This document shows positions 50,217 to 64,000 of a stretch of DNA of 64,000 bases, piece by piece; position 1 is the first letter of the stretch; each line of letters opens with the position of its first letter. The stretch spans positions 100,230,942 to 100,294,941 of the forward strand of contig NC_068986.1 in NCBI RefSeq assembly GCF_001194135.2, in the 5' to 3' direction. Source of the stretch: Octopus bimaculoides. Lineage: Eukaryota. The notes beneath the pieces are model-generated. The model did no database searches. It was not told where the DNA came from and worked only from the letters and a program-made list of their open reading frames with translations. The position numbers were made by a program, and so were the translations under genes.

Positions 50217-52478
50217 GAAAAACTGCTGTCCGGACAGTTTTCTTCTAGGCACTCGATAATATTCCCACATTTGATTCCCAGTTTAATACTTTTTATGATA
50301 TTTCAGGTCTAATTATTTCCTTGTATTATAGTGCTCACTTGCTTAGTAAATATTGCTTTCATTATTTTATCACAGTCATAATCTCTTTTTTTTAAAACAA
50401 ACTTCAAGGTTGCCCAGTTAAGTTTAATGTGTGAAAAATAGCAGCGATCAATTTGAGATATTTTAATACCTATAGCATATCAAATAACGATAATAACAAA
50501 TTGACTGGGTAATTCTTAGATAACGACTGAAAGGAAATAAGTGACATGATTTCCAAACTTCAGTAAGTTTTAATAAATTGTCGAATATAATTTATTTCAG
50601 TAAATATAAACAATTAACCGAGGGCTTTTGCACAGCGAATTTAAGACAACAAAATATCTGATTTTCTCATCTAAAAAAAAAAAATAAAAATAAAAGATGA
50701 AATGAAAACAAATTGCAATGAATATCTATTAAGTAGATTATTATCAATGAAAACAATTGGAGGCGGTAAAGAGAGAAAGTGAGACACTGTGTTGCAAGTG
50801 AAAAGGAAAAGAAATGCCAGAACGTATTAATATTGTTTATCAAATGTTAAAACCTACTCTGCAATGAACGTAAAGCTTGGCAACGAATACTTTAAATTTG
50901 TGATAGTAAACAATAACAGATGATTCGAAAGTGCCTTTTTACCGATATGTATTAACAGAGGAACTTGTAAAAAATTTCCAGAGGGTCGAACCTAAAATAT
51001 GCCTGTTATTGAGGTGAGACTAACTAACAAACATCACAGAAATTTATATGTAGATATATAGCTGAGCCAACCTGTTATATATATTTATCATTAATAATTG
51101 GTAGAACTTACATAGGTGCGCATAGCTAGATAGCAAGCTACCTAGCTAGCTAGATGGATGGATACATGCAGAAACACAGATACACAGACGCAATCACAGA
51201 CACACACACACACACACACACACAAACAAATCTGGTGCTGAGAGAACACCCGGCAATGGTGTTTCCTTACTTTCTCAAATATACCCAAATATAAATGATC
51301 TCATATAACGATATCATTGATTCGGCATATGTTGAAATATGCCAAAATTACTTTACATATCATTTATGTGTTAACTCTATTTACTGAGACTTGCTAAAAA
51401 GCCTATGTTGCCTTAAAGTAGTATCTCCTTATAGACACAATTGTCAGTAATCATTCTGTTTCCATTTNNNNNNNNNNNNNNNNNNNNNNNNNNNNNNNNN
51501 NNNNNNNNNNNNNNNNNNNNNNNNNNNNNNNNNNNNNNNNNNNNNNNNNNNNNNNNNNNNNNNNNNNNNNNNNNNNNNNNNNNNNNNNNNNNNNNNNNNN
51601 NNNNNNNNNNNNNNNNNNNNNNNNNNNNNNNNNNNNNNNNNNNNNNNNNNNNNNNNNNNNNNNNNNNNNNNNNNNNNNNNNNNNNNNNNNNNNNNNNNNN
51701 NNNNNNNNNNNNNNNNNNNNNNNNNNNNNNNNNNNNNNNNNNNNNNNNNNNNNNNNNNNNNNNNNNNNNNNNNNNNNNNNNNNNNNNNNNNNNNNNNNNN
51801 NNNNNNNNNNNNNNNNNNNNNNNNNNNNNNNNNNNNNNNNNNNNNNNNNNNNNNNNNNNNNNNNNNNNNNNNNNNNNNNNNNNNNNNNNNNNNNNNNNNN
51901 NNNNNNNNNNNNNNNNNNNNNNNNNNNNNNNNNNNNNNNNNNNNNNNNNNNNNNNNNNNNNNNNNNNNNNNNNNNNNNNNNNNNNNNNNNNNNNNNNNNN
52001 NNNNNNNNNNNNNNNNNNNNNNNNNNNNNNNNNNNNNNNNNNNNNNNNNNNNNNNNNNNNNNNNNNNNNNNNNNNNNNNNNNNNNNNNNNNNNNNNNNNN
52101 NNNNNNNNNNNNNNNNNNNNNNNNNNNNNNNNNNNNNNNNNNNNNNNNNNNNNNNNNNNNNNNNNNNNNNNNNNNNNNNNNNNNNNNNNNNNNNNNNNNN
52201 NNNNNNNNNNNNNNNNNNNNNNNNNNNNNNNNNNNNNNNNNNNNNNNNNNNNNNNNNNNNNNNNNNNNNNNNNNNNNNNNNNNNNNNNNNNNNNNNNNNN
52301 NNNNNNNNNNNNNNNNNNNNNNNNNNNNNNNNNNNNNNNNNNNNNNNNNNNNNNNNNNNNNNNNNNNNNNNNNNNNNNNNNNNNNNNNNNNNNNNNNNNN
52401 NNNNNNNNNNNNNNNNNNNNNNNNNNNNNNNNNNNNNNNNNNNNNNNNNNCACACACACACACACACACACACATACA

Positions 52479-52514
<36 letters not shown>

Positions 52515-54185
52515 CATACCCACAAGCACAAAGTAATAAATATCTCGTGTGATATTTAATATCATAATAATATTATGTTTATGAAAAAATGTACTTATGG
52601 TGTACGTTTATGTATACTATACAACATTATGCTATATTATTAGTAGTAGTCGTTATATGTTTATACCTGTTCCCTCCCTAACTTAAGTAATGTCTTGATA
52701 ATTCTTACCACCATTTGTATAATGTCCTAGTAGGGGCTTCTCTTTAATTCATTCCCTACATAGGTTTATACCTTTATGGATAGTAAAGATTTTCTGTATA
52801 TGTGTGAGTGTTTATGTGTATGTGAGTGTGTATATGCATGTATTAGGTATGGATATATGTATGTATGCATATATGTATGTATGTATGCATGTATATATAT
52901 ATATATATATATNNNNNNNNNNNNNNNNNNNNNNNNNNNNNNNNNNNNNNNNNNNNNNNNNNNNNNNNNNNNNNNNNNNNNNNNNNNNNNNNNNNNNNNN
53001 NNNNNNNNNNNNNNNNNNNNNNNNNNNNNNNNNNNNNNNNNNNNNNNNNNNNNNNNNNNNNNNNNNNNNNNNNNNNNNNNNNNNNNNNNNNNNNNNNNNN
53101 NNNNNNNNNNNNNNNNNNNNNNNNNNNNNNNNNNNNNNNNNNNNNNNNNNNNNNNNNNNNNNNNNNNNNNNNNNNNNNNNNNNNNNNNNNNNNNNNNNNN
53201 NNNNNNNNNNNNNNNNNNNNNNNNNNNNNNNNNNNNNNNNNNNNNNNNNNNNNNNNNNNNNNNNNNNNNNNNNNNNNNNNNNNNNNNNNNNNNNNNNNNN
53301 NNNNNNNNNNNNNNNNNNNNNNNNNNNNNNNNNNNNNNNNNNNNNNNNNNNNNNNNNNNNNNNNNNNNNNNNNNNNNNNNNNNNNNNNNNNNNNNNNNNN
53401 NNNNNNNNNNNNNNNNNNNNNNNNNNNNNNNNNNNNNNNNNNNNNNNNNNNNNNNNNNNNNNNNNNNNNNNNNNNNNNNTATATATATATATACATACAT
53501 ATTTGGGAGTATATGTATGTATCTATGTAAACTTAGAGACATACGTAAACGTATATATTGTATATTTATATGGCCTTCACAATGACATTGAACTAAGGTC
53601 AACTTTATGAGAACTCACCTAACGCAAAACGTAGTAGTATAATGAACATTATCCAGAATTGCAATGATAGACGTTTGTTTAAATATTTGTTTATAGTCAT
53701 CAAAAAGAGAAAGAAAACATGTTCAAACGTATTTGAAAAATGCATTACCTGGAAAGTGCAAACTTATTCGGTTGTTATGTATCCATCGATTCAATACTCA
53801 TATTCTTGTACATCTCCAGGTTATTTCTCTCTAATAAATTCCATCTGTATATTCTTCGCATTTTGACACGTATGAGCATAGCCACATAAAACACAGTATG
53901 CAGAATCGTTTGCACATAAATTTGTGTATGTTTGTTTAAATTTCCTTTGGTGTATTGAAGTTATTGTTACGAGGAAAGGCATGAAATATTAAATGAATCC
54001 AATTCCCTTTTTTACTATAAAACTAAATGTTTATAAATAATGCATGAATTTTTTCAAAATGTATTTCGCATATTTCAAACGAATTTCATATCTTTCAGCA
54101 ATCACGAAACTTTTACTCAGTAGGGAATGCAGGGCAATTTTTGTTCTCTTTCCTTCAAATGATGTTTTTTCTCCAAAAATTCATA

Positions 54186-54228
<43 letters not shown>

Positions 54229-54497
54229 GTTATTATTATTTATTGATGTTATAGAATATTTCATGAAACTATTCTCTTACAAGTTGATTCACATCGCATG
54301 TATCCAGGTAAAGATAAGGGTTCCCATCTATCAACATAAGTATATAACAAATTCAAGTACCCTGAAAATCTGAAAAACACAAATATACATACCAAATGCA
54401 TAATACATTATGTATGTGTTTAATGATTCTACATATTTATACACGCATATATATATAACGTATATGTGTGTGTGTGTATATATAGACATACACACAC

Positions 54498-54546
<49 letters not shown>

Positions 54547-54677
54547 ACATATATATATATATATATATATATATTCGTGTACAATGGACACAATGGGAGA
54601 TAGGGAAAGAAGTGATTTATGTGTAAGGATATGCAAATGGATCTTCTAGTTTCTTCTACAACATATTTACGTTTTAT

Positions 54678-54679
<2 letters not shown>

Positions 54680-54708
<29 letters not shown>

Positions 54709-54746
54709 GCAACAGCACTACCACCACCACCACCACCACCACCACC

Positions 54747-54790
<44 letters not shown>
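54680..54790. repeat. Compound (ACA)n(CCA)n(ATA)n microsatellite
   Basis: Direct reading. Confidence 0.95.
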
Positions 54791-55128
54791 AATTTAATGA
54801 CAATAATAATACTATGACAGTAATAGTGATATTGAATTTTTGAGATCACAAGGAAAATATATATTTTAACCCTTTTTGAAGATAGTGCTTTTGGAAAATA
54901 GCTTTATTTGTATCATAAAATTGCATTATCCGAATCGTAAGCCACAACACATTAAGATAGGCAAAGTAGCTTGTTAACAACATGCATAAAAACATATTCC
55001 AAGTATTCGTGCGTTATAAAATTCCATGTTTACACATTGCCATTTGCTTGTTTCCTTCTAAGCTTCAAAAGACTTGTTATGGATATGACATTTGAGATAT
55101 CCACAAGAAGAACGGCAAGATAAATGCG

Positions 55129-55183
<55 letters not shown>

Positions 55184-55963
55184 CGTGCGTTAAATTTATC
55201 TCCTATGTTTACTTCTATTTACAGAAAATAGTAATGGCATTTTATCTTCATTCCTAAAACTCTACTATATCTATCACGCTCTCCATTTATATTATGATTA
55301 TTGCACATTGAAAATATAGATGCTAATAGGTTATCAAATGGATTGAAATCTTAGATTTCTTTGAAACGAGACCGGCATCAGGTTTAGGAATCTATCCCTG
55401 TTCATCTGTGTACTCGACGTGTTCAGAATAAAGACTAAATCTCTTTCAAATGATAAACAATTTAAAAAAAAATAAAAATGGCATTGGCTATGTAGTCATA
55501 TGTACATAATGCTGCAAGTAATGAATGACTGTTGGATCACAGCAGGAGTGATTTGATAACTTGTATATTCGATGAACAACTGGTAGGAAAAAAAAAATAT
55601 GGAAGCATTTTTGTGCCTGTCATTTCTAGAGTTGTTCAAGAACTGAACATCGTTTCTTAGAGACATTTCATCGATGAAAGCGTTTTGACAGCTACGAGAT
55701 GCATAATCCTCAATGAGCTTCCTGTATTAATATGCGAAAACTGGATGTATTGGAAACAAGGTCCGGAGTATGCATATTTAATTAAAATTCTCAAACGCTG
55801 CATGAACAATTTTGATCTGTTTTTGGATTTGTATCATATGAATCATTCAATATTATTTATATAACTTTATAAATAATAATATAAAATATAATTATATTAG
55901 CCTGAACGGAAAACTTCCGACATTCCAAGAGAGAGTAATGTGAGTATAATAAAACGTTGTTTC

Positions 55964-56340
55964 GTGGAGGCACAATGGCCCAGTGGTTAGCCCAGTGGTT
56001 AGGATCGCAGTTTCGATTCCCAGACGGGGCGTTGTGAGTGTTTATTGAGCGAAAACACCTAAAGCTCCACGAGGCTCCGGCAGGGGATGGTGGTGAGCCC
56101 TGCTGTACTCTTCTACCACAACTTTCTCTCACTCTTACGTCCTGTTCCTGTTGTTCCTGTAATTCAAAGAGCTAGCCTTGTCACACTGTGTCACGCTGAA
56201 TATCCCCGAGAACTACGTTAAGGGTACACGTGTCTGTGGAGTGCTCAGCCACTTGCACGTTAATTTCACGAGCAGGCTGTTTCGTTGATCGGATCAACTG
56301 GAACCCTCGACGTCGTAAACGACGGAGTGCCAACACACAC
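55964..56340 (+). mobile_element. tRNA-derived SINE family C, full length, 11-bp target-site duplication
   Basis: A-box TGGCCCAGTGG, B-box GTTTCGATTCC, 3' hairpin CGTCG-TAAA-CGACG; AACGTTGTTTC at 55953-55963 and 56341-56351. Confidence 0.93.
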
Positions 56341-56397
56341 AACGTTGTTTCAAATAAAAAGTAACGCTTGTGACACACACACACACGCACACACGCG

Positions 56398-56433
<36 letters not shown>

Positions 56434-57932
56434 AATGTATGTGTGTGTGTGTGAGTTTATGTGTATGTGCTTGTGTGTGTGTATGTATGTGAGTGTGTGT
56501 ATACATATATGTCAACAACTATCTATAGAAATATGCACGTTTTTTTTTTACCATTCATTATTCTCTTGGTACCATATTTTATTTTGTCTGCGACCTGTTG
56601 CATAGTAACTGATGCTTCTTACATTTACTTCAACTTTATTAGAATAATACATACACGTATCTATTGATAACCACTGTGATTTTAATGTCTTGTATTAATG
56701 GGTTTATGTCGGCCTGCTATTGTTTTATAGTCATATATGTTGGTTTATGTTTATCGATACATGATATCCATATAATTGCTGTAACTCAAGTAAAAGTGCA
56801 GACGTAACAAATAAACCAAAACTATCTCGGATTAACTGTCTTGGAACCACATAATACATTTATCCATCTAGCTTGCAGATGTGATGTCAGCTGAATCTAC
56901 TGCATAATTCTTCTTCTAGGAGCTAACTTTTAACGTACAATATCCACCAAAAGCAACATAGCTTTTGTACACATTATATATCCTTCTCCTTTTTACATAT
57001 AACTAACAAAGGAATATGAATTAATGCTTACGGACATAATAAACCTGAAAGTATGTATATATAAATCAACCCATCCATCCATCCATCCATCCATCCACAC
57101 CATACACACATACATACACAAACATACATTCATATACATATTTTTAAGCAGGAATATTATTGAGAGTGACTTCAAAGTTTCGGTCAGTTAAGGGAACGAC
57201 GGATTGCGGCGCATTGAAGATAACCTTGGCACTATACAGTGTCAGTAGGGCTAAAATCTTCCTTGGGAATATATGTTTGAGAAGATTAGTACTTAGGTTT
57301 TAGATTGGGGTTGTTATGGGGGGGGGGCAGTTCGGAGAAATCTTTATTGATTAAATTTGATGCTATGTTATTGTCTAGAATTTATTCATGTATGTAGGAA
57401 TTTGTAGCATGTGTGAATATTTATGCGCGTTCTTTTTCATAGGTACATAGAGAATGTATTAGTAGTTTAGTCCAGTATTGACATAACTGCCTAATAACCG
57501 TAATGGCGCTGCTGTTGTGGCGTGCCGTCCCTGTGCGCTTCCAAACTCCTATGCCTCTTATTTTAGCACGACTCAATTTTCCATGATCATACGTCGATTT
57601 AACTTTTTTCTGCTCACTCAGCACACACTTCTTTTGAACTCCACGTGCCTCTACTATATACTTCCTATATCATCTATAGCGCTAACAGCTTTGATGGCTC
57701 CACTGTCAATGTAAGCAGTTGCATTACTGAGCTCATGACACGAACTACGCATGTCGTCATCATCTCTTTGTCTCCATTCACATCTCTTCCAATTATTACA
57801 CACCATAAATATCTATATAGTGTATCTATCTATGGATATTATCATACAGTATGCTTCTTGCATGCATACACATAGAGAAAGAATTACAGGTGCACACACA
57901 CACACACGCATATATGTATGTATGTATATATG

Positions 57933-57978
<46 letters not shown>

Positions 57979-59549
57979 AACACATAGAGAGATAGGTAGA
58001 GAGAAATGGAGAGAGAGAGAGTGAGATAGAAAAATACCCTGCAGCAAGTGGACAGATAGATAGACACACCTGCGTGCACTAACATTAGATGACACAAATC
58101 GCATTCTTATTCTCATACACACAATTCCACACATATGCGTAAACACGCCTTTCACACTTTCTCAATTCTTTACTCATCTTCCTCATCTCCCATTTTTTTT
58201 GTCTTTTAGATGCGAAGAACTATTTTACACACTTCTGCCTCTCCTTTTCCGTTCTTCATTCATTCATAGTTGCTTCTGCTTTGTCTCTTTTGCACGCAAC
58301 CTTTTACCCCATTTACGTTTGTTTTTCTGTTTCCTACGACAAAGCACTACAGTCCGAAACGGTTAATGTCCTTTTGTCTCTTTCTCACAGTGCAAGTATA
58401 TACTTTGTATTCTCATACTTTGTTTTTGCTTAGATGTTTTAGATATTCTATTAAACGTCAATAGCTAAAATTAGTAAAAACAAATCTTTCATTTCACAAA
58501 ATAATTTGAATCTTGAATGGAATCCTTATAAAAGAAACAATAAAAGAACGCTGATGAAAGACAGTATCCATTGTTCAAAGTGCACAATGTTAAAGTCATG
58601 ACCTATATTTAAATAATGGGTGGAAAAATAATGAGGAAATCAAACAATGATACGAATTTTTAAAAAATATTACAACGATGCAGTATTTGATATTATTTAG
58701 GCTCTATTGTTGGCTACAATAGAGGTATTACTTTCTTTTCGCTATCGACATTAAAGTAATGGATTGTAAGGTCAGTTTTCATTAGCTAGCTAGAAGATAC
58801 AATGACGTGAACTCGCGTCATATATGTCAGCACATTTACATTTTTATCCTTGCAGCTATGTTACTTTAGCGTATGCTGCTTATATCCACTTATTGAATTA
58901 TTAATATTCAAGTTACACCGCCATGTTAAAATATATAAATAATAATGCCATCTCAAGAGATATGCTACGATATAAATACATGAAATACATGTGTAAATGT
59001 ACAAACTACTTTGAAAAAAAAAAAAAATGAAAGACATATCCAGCAATGTATCTATATTTATTTGTGTGTTTATCTATTGCGTTTTGTGTGTTATACTTAA
59101 TGTGTATATGTTATATTCTAATAACAATAGAAAAAACATCACCTACAAACATTTTTTTTTTTGTTTTACATCATTCGTAAAAAGCCCCTTTGGGATTTCA
59201 TATGCGGATATTGCTTTTTTTACGCTTTTTTCATCTGATTTACCTATAATAATTTTACTTCGTTTCCAGATTTTATTTTCGAACATACTGGAATAAAAAA
59301 AAGAAAAACCGAAAAAAATCCCCTAAAAACTACACAACACATTACAATTATATGTTAACTTCTGAAAGTTTTCCCCAAATCTCATATCAGCAGCATATTA
59401 CACTTTTCCTCATTATTCTTTTCATTCTGATTCACATTAAATTTGGAAAAGTCACGCATCAAGTCCCATAATGCATTATATCAAATATATGAGTAAAAAG
59501 TGAAATATCAATTTTGTATATAGTTTCTGCATAGCGATATTCCTGATGC

Positions 59550-60150
59550 TGGACCCAATCATAATATAGATGTTACAAAAGGCTGCTATACATAGACGAT
59601 AGTTTGATTAAACGTATCAATTTTCTTAGTGCCGTTTAGAAGCGTCATGAGTTCGAGATTCACCGAACGAAAGCTTACGGTGTTTATTCCTACATCAATA
59701 ACACGAATGCCAGTAGTATACGACTTCTCCATATTATTGTACACTTCTTGCTGTTTTTGTTATAAGGTTTCAACATAAATCCTTTTTCATATTATTTACA
59801 CTTCATCGAAGAACGCAAATAGCTATTTCCGTGTTTAAAATGTTTGTACTATACAACATCAGCGCACATATATCTCCCGTCTTAATACACAGTGCATCTG
59901 TTCGTTGTACTCACGACCTCATGAAAACCTAATTTAACTTCAATTGAAATACTCCTACATTGCCGAATAGAGATCGTATCCTCAGTTCATGAGTCAAGCC
60001 ATATATTTATGATAGAGGCAAATGTTTCTAAATCTTATTGGCGTCAATCGATTCGAAGTACTATTATCAACCCTGGTAGAAGTAGCTGTTCATAGTTCCT
60101 TAAATCATATTTAACCATATGTGAGAAGATGGCTCACTAAACATTGAAAT
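59550..60150 (-). mobile_element. Possible decayed RTE-like RT fragment
   Basis: IEVKLGFHE and MLYST weakly resemble EVKVGLHQG and LYADD. Confidence 0.28.
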
Positions 60151-60329
60151 ATTTGCTGTGACGCGTATATAGGCGGGTTTTGAAATGAATTTGAACCATA
60201 TGTCTTGTCAAGCAGAGAAATGATTTATGGCAACAAACAAAAAACGAAAACGTTCATTGGTCAACGCGGTTAGTTTTCTCTATTGCGCATCAAATGTTTT
60301 ACGCTGTTGAATTTGTCATTTCGTTAGAA

Positions 60330-60428
60330 TTCAAGTGTATTGATCAGGGCGTATTTGAGGAACAGTACTGAACTCTTGTCTTTTCAATATTTTGGCCGGT
60401 GTTCTCACCACTTCAGCCACTACCGAAC
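60330..60428 (-). mobile_element. Old tRNA-like SINE head
   Basis: Minus strand TGGCTGAAGTGG A-box-like and GAGTTCAGT B-box-like motifs at tRNA-like spacing. Confidence 0.35.
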
Positions 60429-60700
60429 TGTGAGTATGAATATTGATGATGTCCATAACCATTCCTAATGCATTATATTCGTTCAAAAGCAAAGTTTCTT
60501 AGCTGCAACCCAGCCGGTCTTGCAATCATTTTTACCTGATATTATTGCTGATGTTCACTGTCACACACTCATATATATAAATATAAACATATATGACTTA
60601 TATGTTTCGGTATACATGAATAATTCACTGTAAAAGAAGTTATACTTGAGTATATGATATTGTATATGTATTATATTATATTATTATAATTTGGAATACG

Positions 60701-60918
60701 TAGGCAGCGAGCTGGCAGCAACGTTAGCACGCAGGCCGAAATGCTTTGCGGTGTTTCGTCTGTCTTTACGTTCTGAGTTCAAATTCCGACGAGGTCGACT
60801 TTGCCTTTCATCCTTTCATGGTCGATAAATTAATTACAAGTTACGTACTGGGGTCGATCTAATCGACTACCCCCCTCCCCCAAAATTTCGGGCCTTGTAC
60901 CTAGAGTAGAAAAGATTA
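60701..60918 (+). mobile_element. SINE family A, short-tail variant
   Basis: Full head and body; probable duplication 60683-60698 vs 60915-60930 (14/16). Confidence 0.92.
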
Positions 60919-62180
60919 AAATTTGAAATATATTTTAGGCTTTGCTTTAATAAACCATCAATAGTACGATAATAAATGACGACTAGCTTCGGATCCACAT
61001 GATTTTGATTATCTCTTATCGCTACCCTTGTATATACTGTTGCCGAATGAGATAGACACTGGTGAACATAATAGCTTAAGTCAATGTATTAGCTGAATCG
61101 TCGCTTTTGACAGAAAATAGATATTAAATTGTCAGTTAGACACTTTCCCATCTAGTTCGTATTTTAATTAACTATTGGACATTTATGTAATTCGATAAGG
61201 TCACTATCCTTTATACAACACGGTTAAGATATTACTATTACTTTACATCTCTTGTAGATGAAACCATGTTGCCAAGAGACAATGTTTTTATTAAATTTTC
61301 TGAAGAATTTTTCTTCTAGATCAATGCTAAATCTACAATTTTTGTATGTGTCACGAGAGGAACAAAACTATATTTAACACAAATGACACATGCATAATTT
61401 AAAATATCCGTGCGTGTGTTGTTGCTGCAAGAGATATATTCAAAATTATTTCTTAACTTGTGCGAAATAATTTTTCTTTAGAATTCGTTACTTTATTCCT
61501 TTGTCCATTGTGGTGCGAAAAATATTTTTGTGCTGTATTTTTTATCTGCTTGTTGTAATATTTTGCCTTTTAAGGCCGGTGTAGCTCTCAACCACTTTGA
61601 ATATGAATTGTAGTAAAAAAAATGTGTACAAAATTAAAGCCTGTAGAAGGTCGTTTTTGTCTACGTTCATTTATCACTGTGTGTCTGCCGCTAGTTTGCA
61701 TCATTAAAAAAAAATAACTTCAGAATTTATTTTACATGTTTTATAACATCATCAGTCAGAGAAAAAAATATGGTGTTACAATTAAAAGTGTTGTGCCAGT
61801 TTATATAATGAAATTTGATTGTGACTAGAAGCCGTGAAGATTAAAATACAACATTTTAGTTTATTAGAGCCAAACCATTCATTAAAAACATAGTAATGTC
61901 CTTCTCAGCTTGGATATTCAACGAGCGGTTGTTGCTTCGTATAGATAGACCTATACATATTTTCATGGAAAATGTTTGTATTACTATTACTAACAACAAA
62001 TATGCCACATTCTTTCTCGTGATGCATAGTATCACAACTCCAACACTTCTGAACATATCTCAATTTGTTAAATCTAGCAACTAGTGACATGTAGAAAACG
62101 GTCAACTCCCAGATCACCACAACTTCACATTTAGATATATATTTATTGCCTATGTACTATATACAAAACTCTCTATATAT

Positions 62181-62396
62181 TCTTTTCAACTCTAGACACA
62201 AGGTCCAAAAATTTTGGGAACGAGGCCAGTCCGTTAGATCGTCTTCAGTACGCAACTGGTATTTAATTTATCGACTCCAAAAGGATGAAAGGCAAAGTCG
62301 ACTTCGGCGGAATTTGAACTCAGAACGCAAGTACAGACGAAATACCGCTAAGCATTTCGCCCGGCATGCAAACGATTCTGCATGCCTGCCGCCTTA
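62181..62396 (-). mobile_element. SINE family A copy
   Basis: Reverse complement of head, body and short tail. Confidence 0.9.
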
Positions 62397-62414
62397 TAGG
62401 TCTGTCTATATATA

Positions 62415-62629
62415 TTTTTTCTACTCTAGGCACAAGGACCGAACTTTTGGGGAAGGGGGTTCAGTTGATTAGATCGACCCCAGTACAGACTGGTTCTGAT
62501 TTTATCGACCCCAAAAAGATGAAAGGCAAAGTCGATCTCGGCGGAATTTGAGCTCAGAACGTAATAACAGACTTAATACAGCTAAGCGTTTCGCCTAGTG
62601 TGCTAACGTTTCTGTCAGCTCGCCGCCCT
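62415..62629 (-). mobile_element. SINE family A copy, head-to-tail with 62181-62396
   Basis: As above; possible duplication 62395-62409 vs 62629-62643 (13/15). Confidence 0.9.
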
Positions 62630-62789
62630 ATATGTCTATCTATGTTAAGCAAGCATTATCGCTGCTCATTAAATTTACATCTGAGCCGAGAAGGACATTA
62701 CTAACTGAAGTGAAAATAAACATGATGCCATAATTCATGTTAAAACCATAAACGTAGGAGACACCTGGATTTTATTATGATCTGCACCA

Positions 62790-63695
62790 ATATGTCTTGG
62801 TAAAATGCTAGGAATAAAACCTAAAGTAATGAATGAGAACAAATATCCATGGCAGAAAACACGGACGGAAGCTGATACAGAGATATATAGAAAAAGCTCG
62901 ATAAGAATAAATGATGAAACAAAAGTAATGCATAATGAAATAACATACGACAAACGACAGATCTTACCTTGTTCCGACGGACAACATCTTCGAGAAAGGG
63001 CGTACATTAGTAATAAATCAAACCAAGAAAGCAATATGTACAAAATCAACACGAATAAATCTTTACTCTGAGAAGTTCCACTATTTCAATATAACAAACT
63101 CGGTGGAGAAGGTTAGACACAAATTTTTCGTGATGTTCCAGGTTTTCAGAGGAAACATTTCAAGTAAATTCGGAGCAGTGAATAGAGTTTTTAACATGAA
63201 CATAAGGCGTGACGAAAACTCGAATTGAAGAGTAAAAAGAAAAACGGACCAACCTTTTCTATCTAGGGAGTCAGATTTCGGCAAGTATAAGCTACGAAAT
63301 TTGGAAATCACCAGAAGCAGATGAGATCTATGGCTTTTGGAAAGATCTCACATAAACTCCTTACATGTCAACAACAGGAATTCATTGAAATGAATGTGTA
63401 ACACCATAATATGTACCGGACTGGATATCTGAGGGAAAGACATCTTTGATAATGAAAAATTCAATGAATAGAAATTCAATAGGAAATTATCGAGGAATCA
63501 ACTACATGGATTATTTATAAAAGCTATATAAAGGAGTAGTTTATTCCGAAGAAATAATACAATCATTTGATACACAACGAATTATTTATTGAAGAGAAGG
63601 GATGTAGCAAACATTCAAAGGACACTACATATGTAATGGGAGAACTTCAAGAGGTTACAGATTATGCATGGCATGGATCCACTCCAAAAACAAAA
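62790..63695 (+). mobile_element. R4/Dong-like non-LTR retrotransposon relic
   Basis: With frameshifts: KYPWQK, NQESNMYKIN, N/WKSPEADEIYGFWKDLT, PDWISEGKTSLIMK, GNYRGINY, YNHLIHNELFIEEKGC, LCMAWIHSK, matching the order NWKAPGPD..FWxK, PxWLxxGxTxLIxK, NYRPITC, KGC, AWIDYKK. Confidence 0.75.
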
Positions 63696-64000
63696 AAAAA
63701 TATATTGTTAGGCATAACTGAAAACCGTGTCAACATAACTCTTTTCTAATACGACCTACTGGAAAACGAACATTGTAGTCAATACCAAAACACTGGGGAG
63801 TGTTTTTGTTAAACTAATTTGGTCTCAGGGTTAGTTTTTCTCTCTCTCGTCATTTCTTATCGCGTTTAAACCTTTCTCAATGACATTTAGAATATTCAAT
63901 ATAGCATACGAACGAGGAAGAAATGCGCATTCTCGTAATCGTCTCTTTTTCATGAATGACGGAAAGATATTTCCAAAGTAGGGAAATGAAGACTAATTCA

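Noticed and set aside
24356-53610. Long ORFs of 200-370 aa in the ORF track
   Set aside because: They run through N gaps (poly-X) and microsatellites; no coding information.
59469-60478. 13-bp direct repeat TAATGCATTATAT about 1 kb apart as a possible target duplication
   Set aside because: AT-rich, and the enclosed sequence appears to be a mixture of unrelated old fragments rather than one element.

Overview
AT-rich eukaryotic DNA with ten N-gaps (2429-2656, 7638-7823, 12245-12254, 15341-15465, 24466-25099, 28593-29335, 32151-32858, 33510-33707, 51468-52450, 52913-53479) and dense (CA)n/(TA)n/(TATG)n/(ATT)n microsatellites. The SINE families resemble, from my recollection, the tRNA-derived SINEs of octopus, so this is probably a cephalopod intronic or intergenic region. 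I could identify no intact protein-coding gene; nearly all long ORFs in the track are gap or microsatellite artefacts. Supportable content is a layered transposon graveyard: a near full-length dead Tc1 (DD34E) element, a decayed hAT (Buster/Charlie-like) transposase, CR1/L2-, RTE- and R4/Dong-type LINE remnants, Penelope-like remnants (a GIY-YIG domain and two hammerhead-ribozyme-like motifs), about 20 SINE copies in at least four families, a candidate solo LTR and a fold-back element. The most notable observations are the hammerhead-like motifs, a 26-nt locally templated inverted insertion with a 12-bp duplication, SINE target-site duplications that start with tail-like bases, head-to-tail SINE dimers, swapped SINE 3' tails, and two candidate host exons. 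I see no strong evidence for a wholly new biological system. Boundaries of decayed repeats are approximate and family names are unverified by any database search.
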